From a virus (taxonomy: Duplodnaviria > Caudoviricetes), in the IMG/VR virus record IMGVR_UViG_3300037424_001314, positions 1 to 55,761 of that record: a stretch of DNA of 55,761 bases. One strand, given 5' to 3'. The translations under genes and the position numbers were made by a program. Shown one piece after another: positions 36,459 to 46,777 of this stretch. Every line of letters starts with the position of its first letter. Within the stretch, counting starts at the first letter, position 1. The notes beneath the pieces were generated by a model. The model saw only the letters and a list, made by a program, of their open reading frames with translations. It was not told the origin of the DNA and made no database searches.

Positions 36459-37180
36459 CTAGCCTGGATGCAGTAATCCCGGTCCGCAACAACGTTCGAT
36501 ATACCGCGGGGATCCTACATCACATCGTGGCCTGCGAGGTCAAGCCCCGGAAGCTCTATGTTTTTGACAACGGTAGCACTGACGAGACACCCTCAGTTTG
36601 CCGGGACTTCGCAAAGCAGTTGCCCTGCATGGAGTATGTCCGACGTGAGGACAATATCGGGGTCAACCCAGCATGGAACCACGTCTTTGAGACGAGCGAC
36701 GCCGACCACATTGCCGTCCTGAACAACGATCTGGTTATCAATCACGGGTTTTTCGAGAAGATCCTCCAGACTGTGGAGCGATACCCGGATTGCGGGATAA
36801 CGCAACCCTTTGACGTTCCTAGCCCTGATCATGTCCATGCCGGGCCATCACAACTCCAGGTCTCTGTCGTTAAACGGAAGATGATTGGGTATGCTTTCAC
36901 TGTGAGCCGGCGGCTACTGGAAATTTCGGGGCCGATACCGGAGTCGCTCGTGATCTATTGCGGAGACCAATTACTATTTGACATTGCTCAAGAAGAGCAG
37001 TTGCCCGTGCTCCTAATGAGACATAACCGAATTTTCCATTACGGATCACGGACATGCAGCCTGTTCAAGACGTTCCCGAAGTTTTTCCCTATAGAGATGA
37101 AAGAATTTCAAAGGCTTACCAAGGAACGCTGCAAAGCAAAAAACAAGTCGCTTCCCTGGAATGCAATTGCATGGAGCTAA
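36455..37180 (+). CDS. Glycosyltransferase family 2
   Basis: VIPVRN, DNGSTD, NIGVNPAWN, LNND, YCGD. Confidence 0.9.
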   Translation: MTSLDAVIPVRNNVRYTAGILHHIVACEVKPRKLYVFDNGSTDETPSVCRDFAKQLPCMEYVRREDNIGVNPAWNHVFETSDADHIAVLNNDLVINHGFFEKILQTVERYPDCGITQPFDVPSPDHVHAGPSQLQVSVVKRKMIGYAFTVSRRLLEISGPIPESLVIYCGDQLLFDIAQEEQLPVLLMRHNRIFHYGSRTCSLFKTFPKFFPIEMKEFQRLTKERCKAKNKSLPWNAIAWS

Positions 37181-38120
37181 GGAGATAATTGTGAAGGTCA
37201 TTCGACTGGCATTAACTGAGGCTGGCGTTTCAGAGAAGAAGATTGCCCAGGATGCTATGGGGGGCGCAGAGCGCTTTATGCTCATGTGGGAACGTTACCT
37301 CCAGAAGGCCGGCTACGCTACCTCCCGGTGGCCTGAACCTCCGATGGGCGAATACGCGTTGTGTCTGCATGCGAACCGCATAGACCCTCGCGTCAAGGCG
37401 ACGAAACATTTGTTGTGGGGTGGCGGCTGGGAAATCGGGGAGAATATAGGCCAGCGGATAGATAAGGCCATCGTGCTTACCGAGTATATGCGAGATTTCC
37501 TCAGAGACAGACTGAACTGGTCTGCCGAGAATTGCGAGGTTATCCCTGCTCCATTCGATCATGAGATCCTGAAGTATAGATCAAACGATTTTGTCCGGCG
37601 CCGGATTGTCAGCAACAGCAATCCAAGCCGGTTTTTTGACCACGTGGTAACCGTCGCGAACCTCCTGGAAAAGAGAGGAATTGATTTCGACTGGCACTTC
37701 TGCGGTGGAAGCAAGCTGTATTGTCCGGAATTCCCTGAGCGGTTTTCATTCGAGGGGATTCATCCGAAATTGCATTATAGGGGGCTCCTGTCCAGGCACG
37801 ACATGATCGGGATGCTCACCAGCGGGCATGTCCTAGCGTATCCATCCTTTGATGATATTACCTGGGAGACTCAGGGCGTGGCGTTCCTCGAAGCCGCGGC
37901 GCTTGGCCTGCCCGTTGTGTTGACCAAAAAAGCACCGTTTACTGAAGTGATGCCAGAAGCATGGTTTTGCGAATCCGCAGAGGAAATGGCAGACACGATC
38001 ATCGCCCTGTTTGAACAGAAAGAGCGGGTGACCTACCCCGAAATCATGCGGTACGACAGCGACATAGTATTCGAGCGATTGGTGAACGTTGTTCGCGACA
38101 TGATTGGCGAGCCGGAATAA
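37161..38120 (+). CDS. Glycosyltransferase, GT-B (GT4-like)
   Basis: MGGAE...YPS...ETQGVAFLEAAALGLPVV. Confidence 0.88.
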   Translation: MQLHGAKEIIVKVIRLALTEAGVSEKKIAQDAMGGAERFMLMWERYLQKAGYATSRWPEPPMGEYALCLHANRIDPRVKATKHLLWGGGWEIGENIGQRIDKAIVLTEYMRDFLRDRLNWSAENCEVIPAPFDHEILKYRSNDFVRRRIVSNSNPSRFFDHVVTVANLLEKRGIDFDWHFCGGSKLYCPEFPERFSFEGIHPKLHYRGLLSRHDMIGMLTSGHVLAYPSFDDITWETQGVAFLEAAALGLPVVLTKKAPFTEVMPEAWFCESAEEMADTIIALFEQKERVTYPEIMRYDSDIVFERLVNVVRDMIGEPE

Positions 38121-38866
38121 TGCAAGTTCGCGTAGTGATCAATAACCGTGACAGGCTTTCTCCGTTACGCAAGCTCCTTGAATGGTTGTGGGAGGCCGGG
38201 CAACACGAGATTATCATACTCGACAATGCGAGTTCGTATGTTCCTCTCCTCGAATACTATCGCACGATTCAGCGGAAAGGGGTTCGCGTCATCAATTTGC
38301 GTGCAAACCTGGGGCCGCGCTCTTTGTGGAAGCAACGAGATAAAAGCCTCTTGCAAGCCCCGTTCGTTCTCACGGATTCTGATTGTGTGCCAGCAGCGGA
38401 ATGTCCCCTGGACCTCATTGATTTTCTGGCGAATGTAGGCAAGGAATTCGAGGGGCACTATCAATCACAATGGGGTCATCCAGCACCGCTGTTGAAGGTG
38501 GGGCCGGCGTTCAAACTATCTAACATCCCAGATACATACAAACTGAAACCGTGGGTGTTGAAATGGGAGCGACATTTGGGATGCGAAGGGCCGGGCCGGG
38601 AAACGCTTAACGGAGTCGAAATCTATGATGCGGCAATCGATACCGCATTCGCTTTGTATCTCAGAGGAGACAGCCCCGGGTACGAAGCCATCCGCGTCGG
38701 TTGGCCGTTCCTGCTTGACCATCTCGATTGGCATGTTGACTCCGCAAACCCAAGCACGGAACAACAGTATTACGAGCAGCATGCAAAAAAGGGCGGCGGT
38801 TTCCATAACTGGGGCCTCAAGTCCTGTTACAGCAACGCAGTAAACGCTTATTGTAAGGAGAATTGA
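38120..38866 (+). CDS. Glycosyltransferase, GT-A (GT2-like)
   Basis: INNRDR, IILDNAS, NLG, TDSD, IDTAFALY. Confidence 0.8.
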   Translation: MQVRVVINNRDRLSPLRKLLEWLWEAGQHEIIILDNASSYVPLLEYYRTIQRKGVRVINLRANLGPRSLWKQRDKSLLQAPFVLTDSDCVPAAECPLDLIDFLANVGKEFEGHYQSQWGHPAPLLKVGPAFKLSNIPDTYKLKPWVLKWERHLGCEGPGRETLNGVEIYDAAIDTAFALYLRGDSPGYEAIRVGWPFLLDHLDWHVDSANPSTEQQYYEQHAKKGGGFHNWGLKSCYSNAVNAYCKEN

Positions 38867-38870
38867 TAGA

Positions 38871-39464
38871 ATGCGACCAACAGTTGCGATGCATTATAGG
38901 GACGTCCCCGGATCAGTTGACATGGCGTCCTATGCTCCGTTTTACCAAGAGATCGTTCGGAAAATCGCTCTACAGAACGAGACGGAGGGGCAAACTACCC
39001 ATATCGTGGAGGCTGGCGTGCGTTACGGATGCTCAGCCCGCATCATTGAAGAGGTTATGAAGGATTTAGAAGACTGGCATTTGGACCTGATCGATCCGTT
39101 CCCGAGGCCGTCCGCCACGATTTTGGCGCAACAAAACCAGCACATCACGTTTCATCCGTGTGCGGCAGAAGAGGTTGCGCCACTGTTTGAGGATGGATCC
39201 ATTGATCTACTACACATTGACGTGGACACTGACAACACACATCCCTATAAGCTCACCAGGGACGTATTTGACGCATTTTTGCCAAAGCTCAGGCCCTCTG
39301 CCCAGATCATTTTTCATGATGCTACAGATGCCTTTCCTGGTGTCCTGAGCGTAATTGGCGAGTTGATTGCAACCGGCGAATGGAAGGTCACTCATTGCGC
39401 ACCGGTTCACATCGGCCCCTATGCCCCTATAGCAGCCCCAGCACACGTGACAAGGATTATCTAG
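38871..39464 (+). CDS. Class I SAM-dependent methyltransferase
   Basis: IVEAGVRYGCS, LIDPF, IDLLHID, IFHD. Confidence 0.85.
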   Translation: MRPTVAMHYRDVPGSVDMASYAPFYQEIVRKIALQNETEGQTTHIVEAGVRYGCSARIIEEVMKDLEDWHLDLIDPFPRPSATILAQQNQHITFHPCAAEEVAPLFEDGSIDLLHIDVDTDNTHPYKLTRDVFDAFLPKLRPSAQIIFHDATDAFPGVLSVIGELIATGEWKVTHCAPVHIGPYAPIAAPAHVTRII

Positions 39465-39466
39465 AC

Positions 39467-40183
39467 ATGGGAATATCGGTTGTCATGCCGGTCATCAGTG
39501 ACCGGTTCATCGGATCTCTGCTGTCAGACATCGCTGGAAACGATAGTATTCCGAATGAAATCGTCGTGATTGATAACAGCGGAATGCGCATTGCTGAGCA
39601 CGTTGTCGGCGGGTTCCCCACGTTACCAATTCGGTATTTACCCCAAGAGTTGAATCTGGGTGTCAACGCTAGCTGGAATCTGGGGCTGGAGGCAACGCGG
39701 TCGAGTCTGGTTTCTATCCTGAATGACGATTTAGTTCTGCCCACCTCGTTTTTCAGGATTGTCGCTCAGACGTTTGAGAATCATGGTGAAGTTGGGTTTG
39801 TTGTCCCATCCACGTTTTTCCCTGAGATCATGAACGGCAAGCCTGGATCATGGCCTGTCTGCAATCCAGGAGACATTTACGAGCAACCGATAGCATTAAT
39901 TCCAGAATTGCAACCGCTCCCAGCTCGCCAAGGCTGGGCGTTTACCGTGCGTCGCGAAGCAGTTGAGCCGATACCGCACGGGTGCTTCACGTTTTTCGGG
40001 GACGACTGGTTTTGGCAATGCTCACAAAGGAAAGGCTACCGGGCCGTCACAATTACGAATTGCCAGATCTACCACTACGTAGGGGTGTCGATGGATCTTG
40101 AGATCCGGAAGCGGTTGAAGCTCCCCTCTCTACAAGAAGATCAACGGGCATGGGCAAAAATCAGAAGGATTCGACATGGGTAG
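39467..40183 (+). CDS. Glycosyltransferase family 2
   Basis: ISVVMPV, VIDNS, NLGVNASWNLG, LNDD, GWAF, FFGDD; resembles 36455..37180. Confidence 0.88.
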   Translation: MGISVVMPVISDRFIGSLLSDIAGNDSIPNEIVVIDNSGMRIAEHVVGGFPTLPIRYLPQELNLGVNASWNLGLEATRSSLVSILNDDLVLPTSFFRIVAQTFENHGEVGFVVPSTFFPEIMNGKPGSWPVCNPGDIYEQPIALIPELQPLPARQGWAFTVRREAVEPIPHGCFTFFGDDWFWQCSQRKGYRAVTITNCQIYHYVGVSMDLEIRKRLKLPSLQEDQRAWAKIRRIRHG

Positions 40184-40373
40184 CAAGGAATTCCTCATCC
40201 ACGATGGAGCGCTCTACGTCCGCGGAGGTGGCTACGAGCCAAGCTTTTCGCCACTCGGAACGCCAATGGACAAAAGCTATTCGGTTTACATGAGGCCGGC
40301 GACGCTTGATGAAGTGCGCGAATACCAAGAATTGCGGCGATCGAACGAGGAGAAATCCAATTGGACGGATTGA
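40176..40373 (+). CDS. Small hypothetical protein
   Basis: Overlap-coupled to both neighbours. Confidence 0.5.
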   Translation: MGSKEFLIHDGALYVRGGGYEPSFSPLGTPMDKSYSVYMRPATLDEVREYQELRRSNEEKSNWTD

Positions 40374-41077
40374 CACGATACGAATGCGAAATGCTTGTGG
40401 CTCTGTTGACGAAGGACAAGGGTGCGCCTCCAGTCTGGGAGCATAGTTCGTTGTTGAGATGCCACGAGGCTGGGCTAGTAGATGAGAAAGGGGTTTGTTT
40501 GACGCGGGACGGCCGGCGCAAAGCGGGACGCGTTCAGGAGGTATCCGCCATGCTTTACGGGGGCGCTCCACTGGAGCTCCCCCGTACCGACGTCGCGAGC
40601 AATTTGCCTCCCTGCCCCTGGTTCCGGTCTCGATTCGTCAACGACAATTACTGCACGTATGGTCCGCACGTGCTCTTCGCCGGCAAGGTTCCCGAGGGAC
40701 TGGTGGTCCAGAGTTGCTCCTGTGACGATACAAGACTCCGGGCCATCAACAGGATAGTTGCTGCTGCTGTCAAAAAAGGCGGAGACCTACTGAAAATGGA
40801 GCCCTATGCTCTACAGCAGATGCATATTCGAGGACTCGAAACGGTGTGCTTGCGCCGATGGGTGGGTGGCGCACGGTCCGGTGTTGTTCGCATTCAAGCG
40901 CGTTACTACTACCACATAATCGCTACATGGCCAGGCGCAACATTCTGGCATTCAGGCAAGCGTGACGCCACTCCCATCTATGTGAAAGGGATTGAGCCGC
41001 GCGGGCTTGGCAATGGTTTTGTTGCTGCGGTTTTGCCTGTTGATGCGAGAAATTGGGATGTTCCCGTAATTGATTGA
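40361..41077 (+). CDS. Hypothetical protein
   Basis: 238-aa ORF with GAGGAG RBS. Confidence 0.6.
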   Translation: MDGLTRYECEMLVALLTKDKGAPPVWEHSSLLRCHEAGLVDEKGVCLTRDGRRKAGRVQEVSAMLYGGAPLELPRTDVASNLPPCPWFRSRFVNDNYCTYGPHVLFAGKVPEGLVVQSCSCDDTRLRAINRIVAAAVKKGGDLLKMEPYALQQMHIRGLETVCLRRWVGGARSGVVRIQARYYYHIIATWPGATFWHSGKRDATPIYVKGIEPRGLGNGFVAAVLPVDARNWDVPVID

Positions 41078-41103
41078 GATGTCCAGGTTTGAATTGTTGA
41101 GGT

Positions 41104-42957
41104 GTGGTTATGTCGAAACATCAGTCCTCCCAGATAAAGGAATTGAAAGCGCAGGTCAAGGAGCTGGGTGCCCTGTTCCAGTCCCGCGCCGATACAGGCT
41201 ATTACGATGAAGGGCAACGGCGAGACCCTCGACTGCTGAGCAACAAAGCTGAGGCCGTTGGGCTACTCGCACGCAAGGGATCCGAAGAGGATGACGATAT
41301 ATTCGGTGAAGCATATGGGCAATATCCCGACCTCATAGAGCCACCATTCCCCTTCCCTTGGCTGTGGAGAACGTTCCAACAATGTGACACATTACATCTG
41401 TGTTGCCGGGCTATGGTGAGCAATATCGAAAACCCGGCAGACCTCGCATATCTCGGCCCCAAGAAACAGAAAAACGAGGATCTCACACAGAGTCAGCGTA
41501 TCACGCTGAATGATTTTTTCAGCCGCATCAACGAGAAGCAAAGCCTCGTGAGCCTGCGCAGGAAGCTCGGCCTCGATAGGCAAGTCACAAAAAATGGCTT
41601 CCTGGAGGTAATCAGGAACAGCCAACTAGAGCAGGGCGAGAATGGTAGCTACCTCGTGAGCCCCCGTCCCGAACGACTGTATTATATCCCGTCAACATAT
41701 ATGCGAGTAACGAAACTCGATCAAACGCTCGTAGATGTTGATGTAACAATCCCGAGACAGGGGCAGCTCAGGAAGATCACGATCCAGCGACAATTTCGGC
41801 GCTTTGCCCGCATCAATCCTGTGACGCAGAAACTCACGTGGTTCAAGGAATTCGGAGACCCTCGCACGCTGGATGCAGGTACAGGAGAGTTTGGGCCTAC
41901 AAGCAACCCGGCCTCGGAAATTTGGTGGTTCAGGGACAACTATGCCGGGTTCATTTACGGAATTCCAGAATGGCTAAGCGTCATCTGGGATATAGGTGGC
42001 AGATACCAGGCCATGTGGTTAGGATTCGATCACGTGGACCAAGGGGCCTTGCCGCCAGTGGCTCTTGCTACTGACGGCGAATTCACCCCAGCTACGAAAC
42101 AGCAGCTTAACAACCTGTTTAAAGAAACAAGAGATCCGGCTTATTATAACCGGCCGGTCTACATAGAACTCAAGAAAGACCCACTCCTCGACATCGACGC
42201 TGACGGATCTGGCAAAACCAATAAAATTCAACTCCTCAAACTCCGTGATCCTAATTATGAGGACTACTTTTTTGAGAAGTACCGCATTTCCACAGAAGAG
42301 GCTATTCGCCGAATTTTCAGGCTTCCCCCCGTGCTCACAGGGGTAGCCGGTAATGACACATATGCCAGTGCGTATACCAGCATGGAGGTTGCAGAATCCC
42401 AGGTGTTCGGCCCCGCCCGGCAGGAGTTTGACGAGAAGATCACTACAGAATTGATACAAAATGAATTCGGTATCTACAATTGGGCACTCCGGACGCGACA
42501 GTCAAAAATAGGTGATAAAGAAACATTCTATCGTGCGGTTGGGGCGCTCAGCCGGGCCGGAGCACTCACGATCAATGACATTCGCGAGCTTGCTAACCAA
42601 TTACTTGGAACCGACTTTGCCCCGTTTGAAGGCGACCTCTACAACGAACCATCTACCCTCACAACAACGCTCGCCGGCAACGGCCTAGTTTCCTATGAGA
42701 AGACTGGGGACAATCCCGACGATCCTGGTCGATTGGTGTTCATCTCTGCAATGGCTGAGGCGTCACAGGTAGCAGGGGAACAATTCAAATCGGTCGCTAG
42801 TGGCAAAGTCAAGAAAGAGGATGTCTCTGAGTTGGCCAAGGCGCTTGCTATGGACATCATTAAGAATCTTACAGGTATACAGGAATCATACAAACCACCG
42901 ACTGAGACTGAAATTGAATTTGAGCTGCTACCAACGGGGAGTGAAGGCGGGCTCTAA
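41104..42957 (+). CDS. Portal protein (PBSX-like)
   Basis: LIEPP, NGFLEVIRN, YYIPSTYMR, FKEFGD, YGIPEW, IFRLPPVLTG, LTINDIRE. Confidence 0.9.
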   Translation: MVMSKHQSSQIKELKAQVKELGALFQSRADTGYYDEGQRRDPRLLSNKAEAVGLLARKGSEEDDDIFGEAYGQYPDLIEPPFPFPWLWRTFQQCDTLHLCCRAMVSNIENPADLAYLGPKKQKNEDLTQSQRITLNDFFSRINEKQSLVSLRRKLGLDRQVTKNGFLEVIRNSQLEQGENGSYLVSPRPERLYYIPSTYMRVTKLDQTLVDVDVTIPRQGQLRKITIQRQFRRFARINPVTQKLTWFKEFGDPRTLDAGTGEFGPTSNPASEIWWFRDNYAGFIYGIPEWLSVIWDIGGRYQAMWLGFDHVDQGALPPVALATDGEFTPATKQQLNNLFKETRDPAYYNRPVYIELKKDPLLDIDADGSGKTNKIQLLKLRDPNYEDYFFEKYRISTEEAIRRIFRLPPVLTGVAGNDTYASAYTSMEVAESQVFGPARQEFDEKITTELIQNEFGIYNWALRTRQSKIGDKETFYRAVGALSRAGALTINDIRELANQLLGTDFAPFEGDLYNEPSTLTTTLAGNGLVSYEKTGDNPDDPGRLVFISAMAEASQVAGEQFKSVASGKVKKEDVSELAKALAMDIIKNLTGIQESYKPPTETEIEFELLPTGSEGGL

Positions 42958-42963
42958 GCCATC

Positions 42964-44727
42964 ATGATACAGATCCCACTCACCAGAGCGTTACAACATT
43001 CTCTTGGCAGGTTCAAGGCCGCTATTCCCACGGATTGGTGGACGGATTCGCGCCAATTGAATGCGCTCTTGCAGGGGTCGTGGAATAGCGTATCACAGGA
43101 TTTCCTGCTCGGCTTGGAGGCTGGGCTCCGGAACCGAGACCTTGGCCAAATGGAGGGCCTGCTCGCCACTGTCGAGAGCCTCGGTCCTAAAATGTCGGGC
43201 ATCGTGGGTGATAGGGCAGAGGCAATATTTGAGTCTCTCCAAAATAAAGCCACTGCTGCGTGGACGAATCACGGGCAAGATATCCTTGCAATCAAACGGA
43301 TTGCGCAATTCGATGGTGATTACCAGAAATTCTTGACCAGTGTCCATTCTGAACAGGTGAAGCGTTTTACAGAAGCGAACCCCGGCCGCATCCTACACCC
43401 TGAACTTGAACGGCAAATATCCTATCTGCGGGACAACAATAATATCCGGTTCGTTGACCTCGACACGATGGCCGCAAAGCTTGAACGGATCGTGAAGCAG
43501 GAGCCTTACTGGCAGGGCCTGTCGGATGTGCAGATAAGTCGCTTGTGGCATGCAGACGGTATCCTGATGGCTCACGAGAATAACATTGCCGACGGCGCGA
43601 TAATCGGCCCTGACGACAAGAAAACCTGCCCAGTCTGTCAGCGGATGCTCGGAACCCATGTTCGCATCGAGCAAGCCCGAGAAAAAATCATCCGAGACAT
43701 CGGCCTACTAGATCCTGATGCCTATGCAAGAGCCTGGCGGTTCCCGCGGATTCAAGACATTGATAACATGTCACCAAAGGCCCGGGCTGATAAAGGATAC
43801 CTCGCTCCGTTCCACAACAGATGCAGGCATAGCGTCGCGTGGACCACGAGCAAAAGCGTCGTTACGTCCAAGCCGGTAACTACTCCCGCAGAAAAGCCTG
43901 GGTATCGGCTCCGCAAAGGTTACGTCGGTATCCACTACCCTGAGCAGTTCGCATCCAAGGCCGACGCTGCACGGTGGGTCCGGCTGAACGTGGCGGATAA
44001 GCTATTACTCGATAAGGAAGTGAATCTTGACTTCGTGAACGCAGCTCTTGGGCACCTACGCATTGTCAATCAGGTAGCGCCCCTAAGATCTCCCCTCACC
44101 TCTCTACAGGTCACAGAGCTACCGACAAACACGAATGGTCGTTTCATTGTGCGATCATCAGGGAAGACGGAGCTTCAACTCAACAAAGCCCGTGAAATCG
44201 AGTTTATGTCGGTTGCTGAGCGACAGGCAAGGGCTGTCAATGCGCTCACACAAGATATTGATGCGTGGCGCGGCATGAGGGAAACTTTGCCGGGCATGAG
44301 TGACCAGATCGAGCAAACCCTCAAGATCAAAGAGACTGCGCTCAAAAAGATCCAATCCAGTCCACCAAGTAGACCAGAGGTTACATTCTCTGTGTCGTCC
44401 TCGATCTCTGATTCTCCGGCCGGCGGCACGATGGTCCACGAGTATGGGCACGCTTGGCATTACCAGTACGATGATAAGGTCCGTAAGCAATTTGGGATCC
44501 GATACTACAAAGACCGCGGCTCTAAGTTCGAAAATGAACTAATCGCAAAATACCGGGTGAGCGAATACGCCAAGACGAACTGGGAAGAGTGTTTCGCAGA
44601 GAATTTCTCTCTCTATTTTCATGGAGAGGTTAAGCGGATGCACGCCGACATGGTGAAATTCTTTGACGCGATGTTCCCGCGGCTGAGGTTCGGGCAGCGT
44701 CTCACACCTGAGATCTACGAGGCATAA
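42964..44727 (+). CDS. MuF/SPP1 gp7-like minor head protein fused to a zinc metallopeptidase domain
   Basis: DKKTCPVC...PFHNRCRH (MuF); HEYGH...SEYAKTNWEECFAE (zincin-like). Confidence 0.85.
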   Translation: MIQIPLTRALQHSLGRFKAAIPTDWWTDSRQLNALLQGSWNSVSQDFLLGLEAGLRNRDLGQMEGLLATVESLGPKMSGIVGDRAEAIFESLQNKATAAWTNHGQDILAIKRIAQFDGDYQKFLTSVHSEQVKRFTEANPGRILHPELERQISYLRDNNNIRFVDLDTMAAKLERIVKQEPYWQGLSDVQISRLWHADGILMAHENNIADGAIIGPDDKKTCPVCQRMLGTHVRIEQAREKIIRDIGLLDPDAYARAWRFPRIQDIDNMSPKARADKGYLAPFHNRCRHSVAWTTSKSVVTSKPVTTPAEKPGYRLRKGYVGIHYPEQFASKADAARWVRLNVADKLLLDKEVNLDFVNAALGHLRIVNQVAPLRSPLTSLQVTELPTNTNGRFIVRSSGKTELQLNKAREIEFMSVAERQARAVNALTQDIDAWRGMRETLPGMSDQIEQTLKIKETALKKIQSSPPSRPEVTFSVSSSISDSPAGGTMVHEYGHAWHYQYDDKVRKQFGIRYYKDRGSKFENELIAKYRVSEYAKTNWEECFAENFSLYFHGEVKRMHADMVKFFDAMFPRLRFGQRLTPEIYEA

Positions 44728-44732
44728 ACGTT

Positions 44733-45002
44733 ATGGCTGACGACCAAATAATTATCGAACCGACAGACGACCCTGCCCCTGTTGATTCTGATGAGTGGGA
44801 GAACGACATAGGCCGTATCAAGATCGTGGACGTAGAGCCCGATTGTGCAACGTGCGTTCACCAAGTCGGTTATGAGTGGGGCAAATGCGCAGCGTTCCCG
44901 AACGGGATACCCGATGCGATTTTAACCGGTGAGGCGAGCCACGTCGATCCGTGGCCAGACGGCGAAGAATTGCCCGTTCAGTATTCAAGGAGATTCGCGT
45001 GA
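44733..45002 (+). CDS. Small acidic Cys protein, candidate MuF partner or immunity protein
   Basis: CATCVH...CAAFPNGIPDAIL...H. Confidence 0.65.
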   Translation: MADDQIIIEPTDDPAPVDSDEWENDIGRIKIVDVEPDCATCVHQVGYEWGKCAAFPNGIPDAILTGEASHVDPWPDGEELPVQYSRRFA

Positions 45003-45916
45003 GGTATAACAAACTCGACAAAGCCGAATTTCTCCAGTTCCGCAAGGCTCACACGCAGGTTGAGGTTGCGCGTCATTATGGAATCAGCGAGCGATCGGTC
45101 CGTGACTGGGAGAAGAAACTGGAGGGCGTTGTGGTTGAGGACAAACCCGAGCCCGCCATAGCGTTCCCGGCCAATGCTGATCATCAGTGTCTCGTCGGTA
45201 AGCTCACTGTTTACGCGGAAAAATGTCTGGTGATAGGGGATTGTGAAATACCGGACCACTCGATCCAGATGTTTGAAAATATCGTGACAATCGGCCGGCG
45301 TTTTGCGATTGAAGACCTAATCATCAACGGAGATTTCCTGGCCCTCGATAGTTGTTCTAACTGGCCGAAGGTGGCTGTTGATTTCATACAATTCCGGCAG
45401 GAACTCAAAGCCGCAAAAATGGCGCTCAAGGTGTTCCTGCAAACGTTCAAGCGCATTACATGGATTACAGGCAATCACGAGCGCAGGCTGGCCTATAAAT
45501 TCGATGGGCAACTCAATATCGGGGATTTCATTGGAGACATAGAAAATGTGCGATTCTCGGAATACACCTCCTGTATTTTGAAATCAGGGGGCCGCGAGGC
45601 ATACATTACGCATCAGAAAAATTATTCACAGATACCACTGTCAGTCCCCCGAAAATTGATTCAGGCCCGGCACATGGATATTCTGTGCGCACACAATCAC
45701 CACCTGGCGCTAGGGTATGATCCGTCCGGACAGTATTGGCTCGCAGAAGGCGGTTACTGCCGGGACCGGACGCGGACGGTTTACAAAGAGATAAATACTA
45801 CCACGCACCCGGAATGGAATCCGGGATTCGTTATGATTCAAAACGGGATGCCTTACCTCATAGACCAGAACAACCTTGATTTTTGGATGAGTGTCAAATC
45901 GGGGATGGGCGCATGA
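44999..45916 (+). CDS. HTH plus calcineurin-like metallophosphoesterase
   Basis: TQVEVARHYGISERSVRDW; GD, NGD, GNHE, TH and AHNH motifs. GTG start at 44999 is inferred. Confidence 0.85.
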   Translation: MRYNKLDKAEFLQFRKAHTQVEVARHYGISERSVRDWEKKLEGVVVEDKPEPAIAFPANADHQCLVGKLTVYAEKCLVIGDCEIPDHSIQMFENIVTIGRRFAIEDLIINGDFLALDSCSNWPKVAVDFIQFRQELKAAKMALKVFLQTFKRITWITGNHERRLAYKFDGQLNIGDFIGDIENVRFSEYTSCILKSGGREAYITHQKNYSQIPLSVPRKLIQARHMDILCAHNHHLALGYDPSGQYWLAEGGYCRDRTRTVYKEINTTTHPEWNPGFVMIQNGMPYLIDQNNLDFWMSVKSGMGA

Positions 45917-46281
45917 CGAACACACAATGGTTGCGAGAACGTTTGATGGAGCGGGTAATGAACGGCACTCCAATAGGGGACAAAACCGAATCCCTCGAAG
46001 AACTGCGCCGGACGGAATGGTCCTCGATATTCGAATCTCTCATGAAGAATCGGCTACTCGTGGGCAGGTTCAGGTATGGCCGTATGGACGATGAGAGTAA
46101 AGGGGATTATGACCACATCGGGAGCATCCGAAAACGGCTGGATCTCTATGTAAAATCAGGTAACAAAGAGCATCTCGTGGACATAGCGAATTTATGCCTC
46201 GTTGAGTTTGTGCATTGCAAGCATCCGGACGCCCATTTTGATGCGCAGGACGACAGCGAGCACTGCAAGAGAATTGGGTAG
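45913..46281 (+). CDS. Hypothetical protein, possible all-alpha nucleotide pyrophosphatase
   Basis: GRFRYG...EHLVDIANLCLVEF; weak resemblance only. Confidence 0.5.
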   Translation: MTNTQWLRERLMERVMNGTPIGDKTESLEELRRTEWSSIFESLMKNRLLVGRFRYGRMDDESKGDYDHIGSIRKRLDLYVKSGNKEHLVDIANLCLVEFVHCKHPDAHFDAQDDSEHCKRIG

Positions 46282-46285
46282 GGGG

Positions 46286-46777
46286 TCAAGCTCTCCGTTG
46301 AGCCTTCCCTATCCCCTCAAAGACTTTAGCGTGCTCTCGTAACCACTTCTTGAGCAGGCTCTCCGTCGTTCGTGCTCCGATCTGTCGGTTTCCGACAAAC
46401 CAGATGGGCAGGTTGTAGCGGATTGAGAAGGCTGTCAGAGTCTCAAAGACTGACGTCGGGTTCACTTTCGACACGGCGTGGCCATAGTTGCCGGCCGCAA
46501 TCTCATCAAGCCGTCCCTCGATCACTAGGTGGAAGCACGACAAGGCTCTCCCCCGTGCCAGCTCCTTTTCAAAGCGTTCGCGCCCGGTCGTGATTGAGCC
46601 CAAGAAATCGGCAAGCGATTTTCTCTCGATAGCGATCAGGTGTTCGGCGCCAAGGATCGAATAATCTCCAGTAGGGAGCCCCTGGATGAGGCAAGGTGAC
46701 TCGAATAGATCTTGGTAGCCTAGTTGTTCCCTTGAATCCTGCACAAGCACTGCGTCGATTACAGGGCCGAATTTCAT
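46286..46777 (-). CDS. ERCC4/XPF-type nuclease
   Basis: DSREQ...LPTGDY...IERKSLADF...RF..E...LVIEG. Confidence 0.9.
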   Translation of the reverse strand: MKFGPVIDAVLVQDSREQLGYQDLFESPCLIQGLPTGDYSILGAEHLIAIERKSLADFLGSITTGRERFEKELARGRALSCFHLVIEGRLDEIAAGNYGHAVSKVNPTSVFETLTAFSIRYNLPIWFVGNRQIGARTTESLLKKWLREHAKVFEGIGKAQRRA

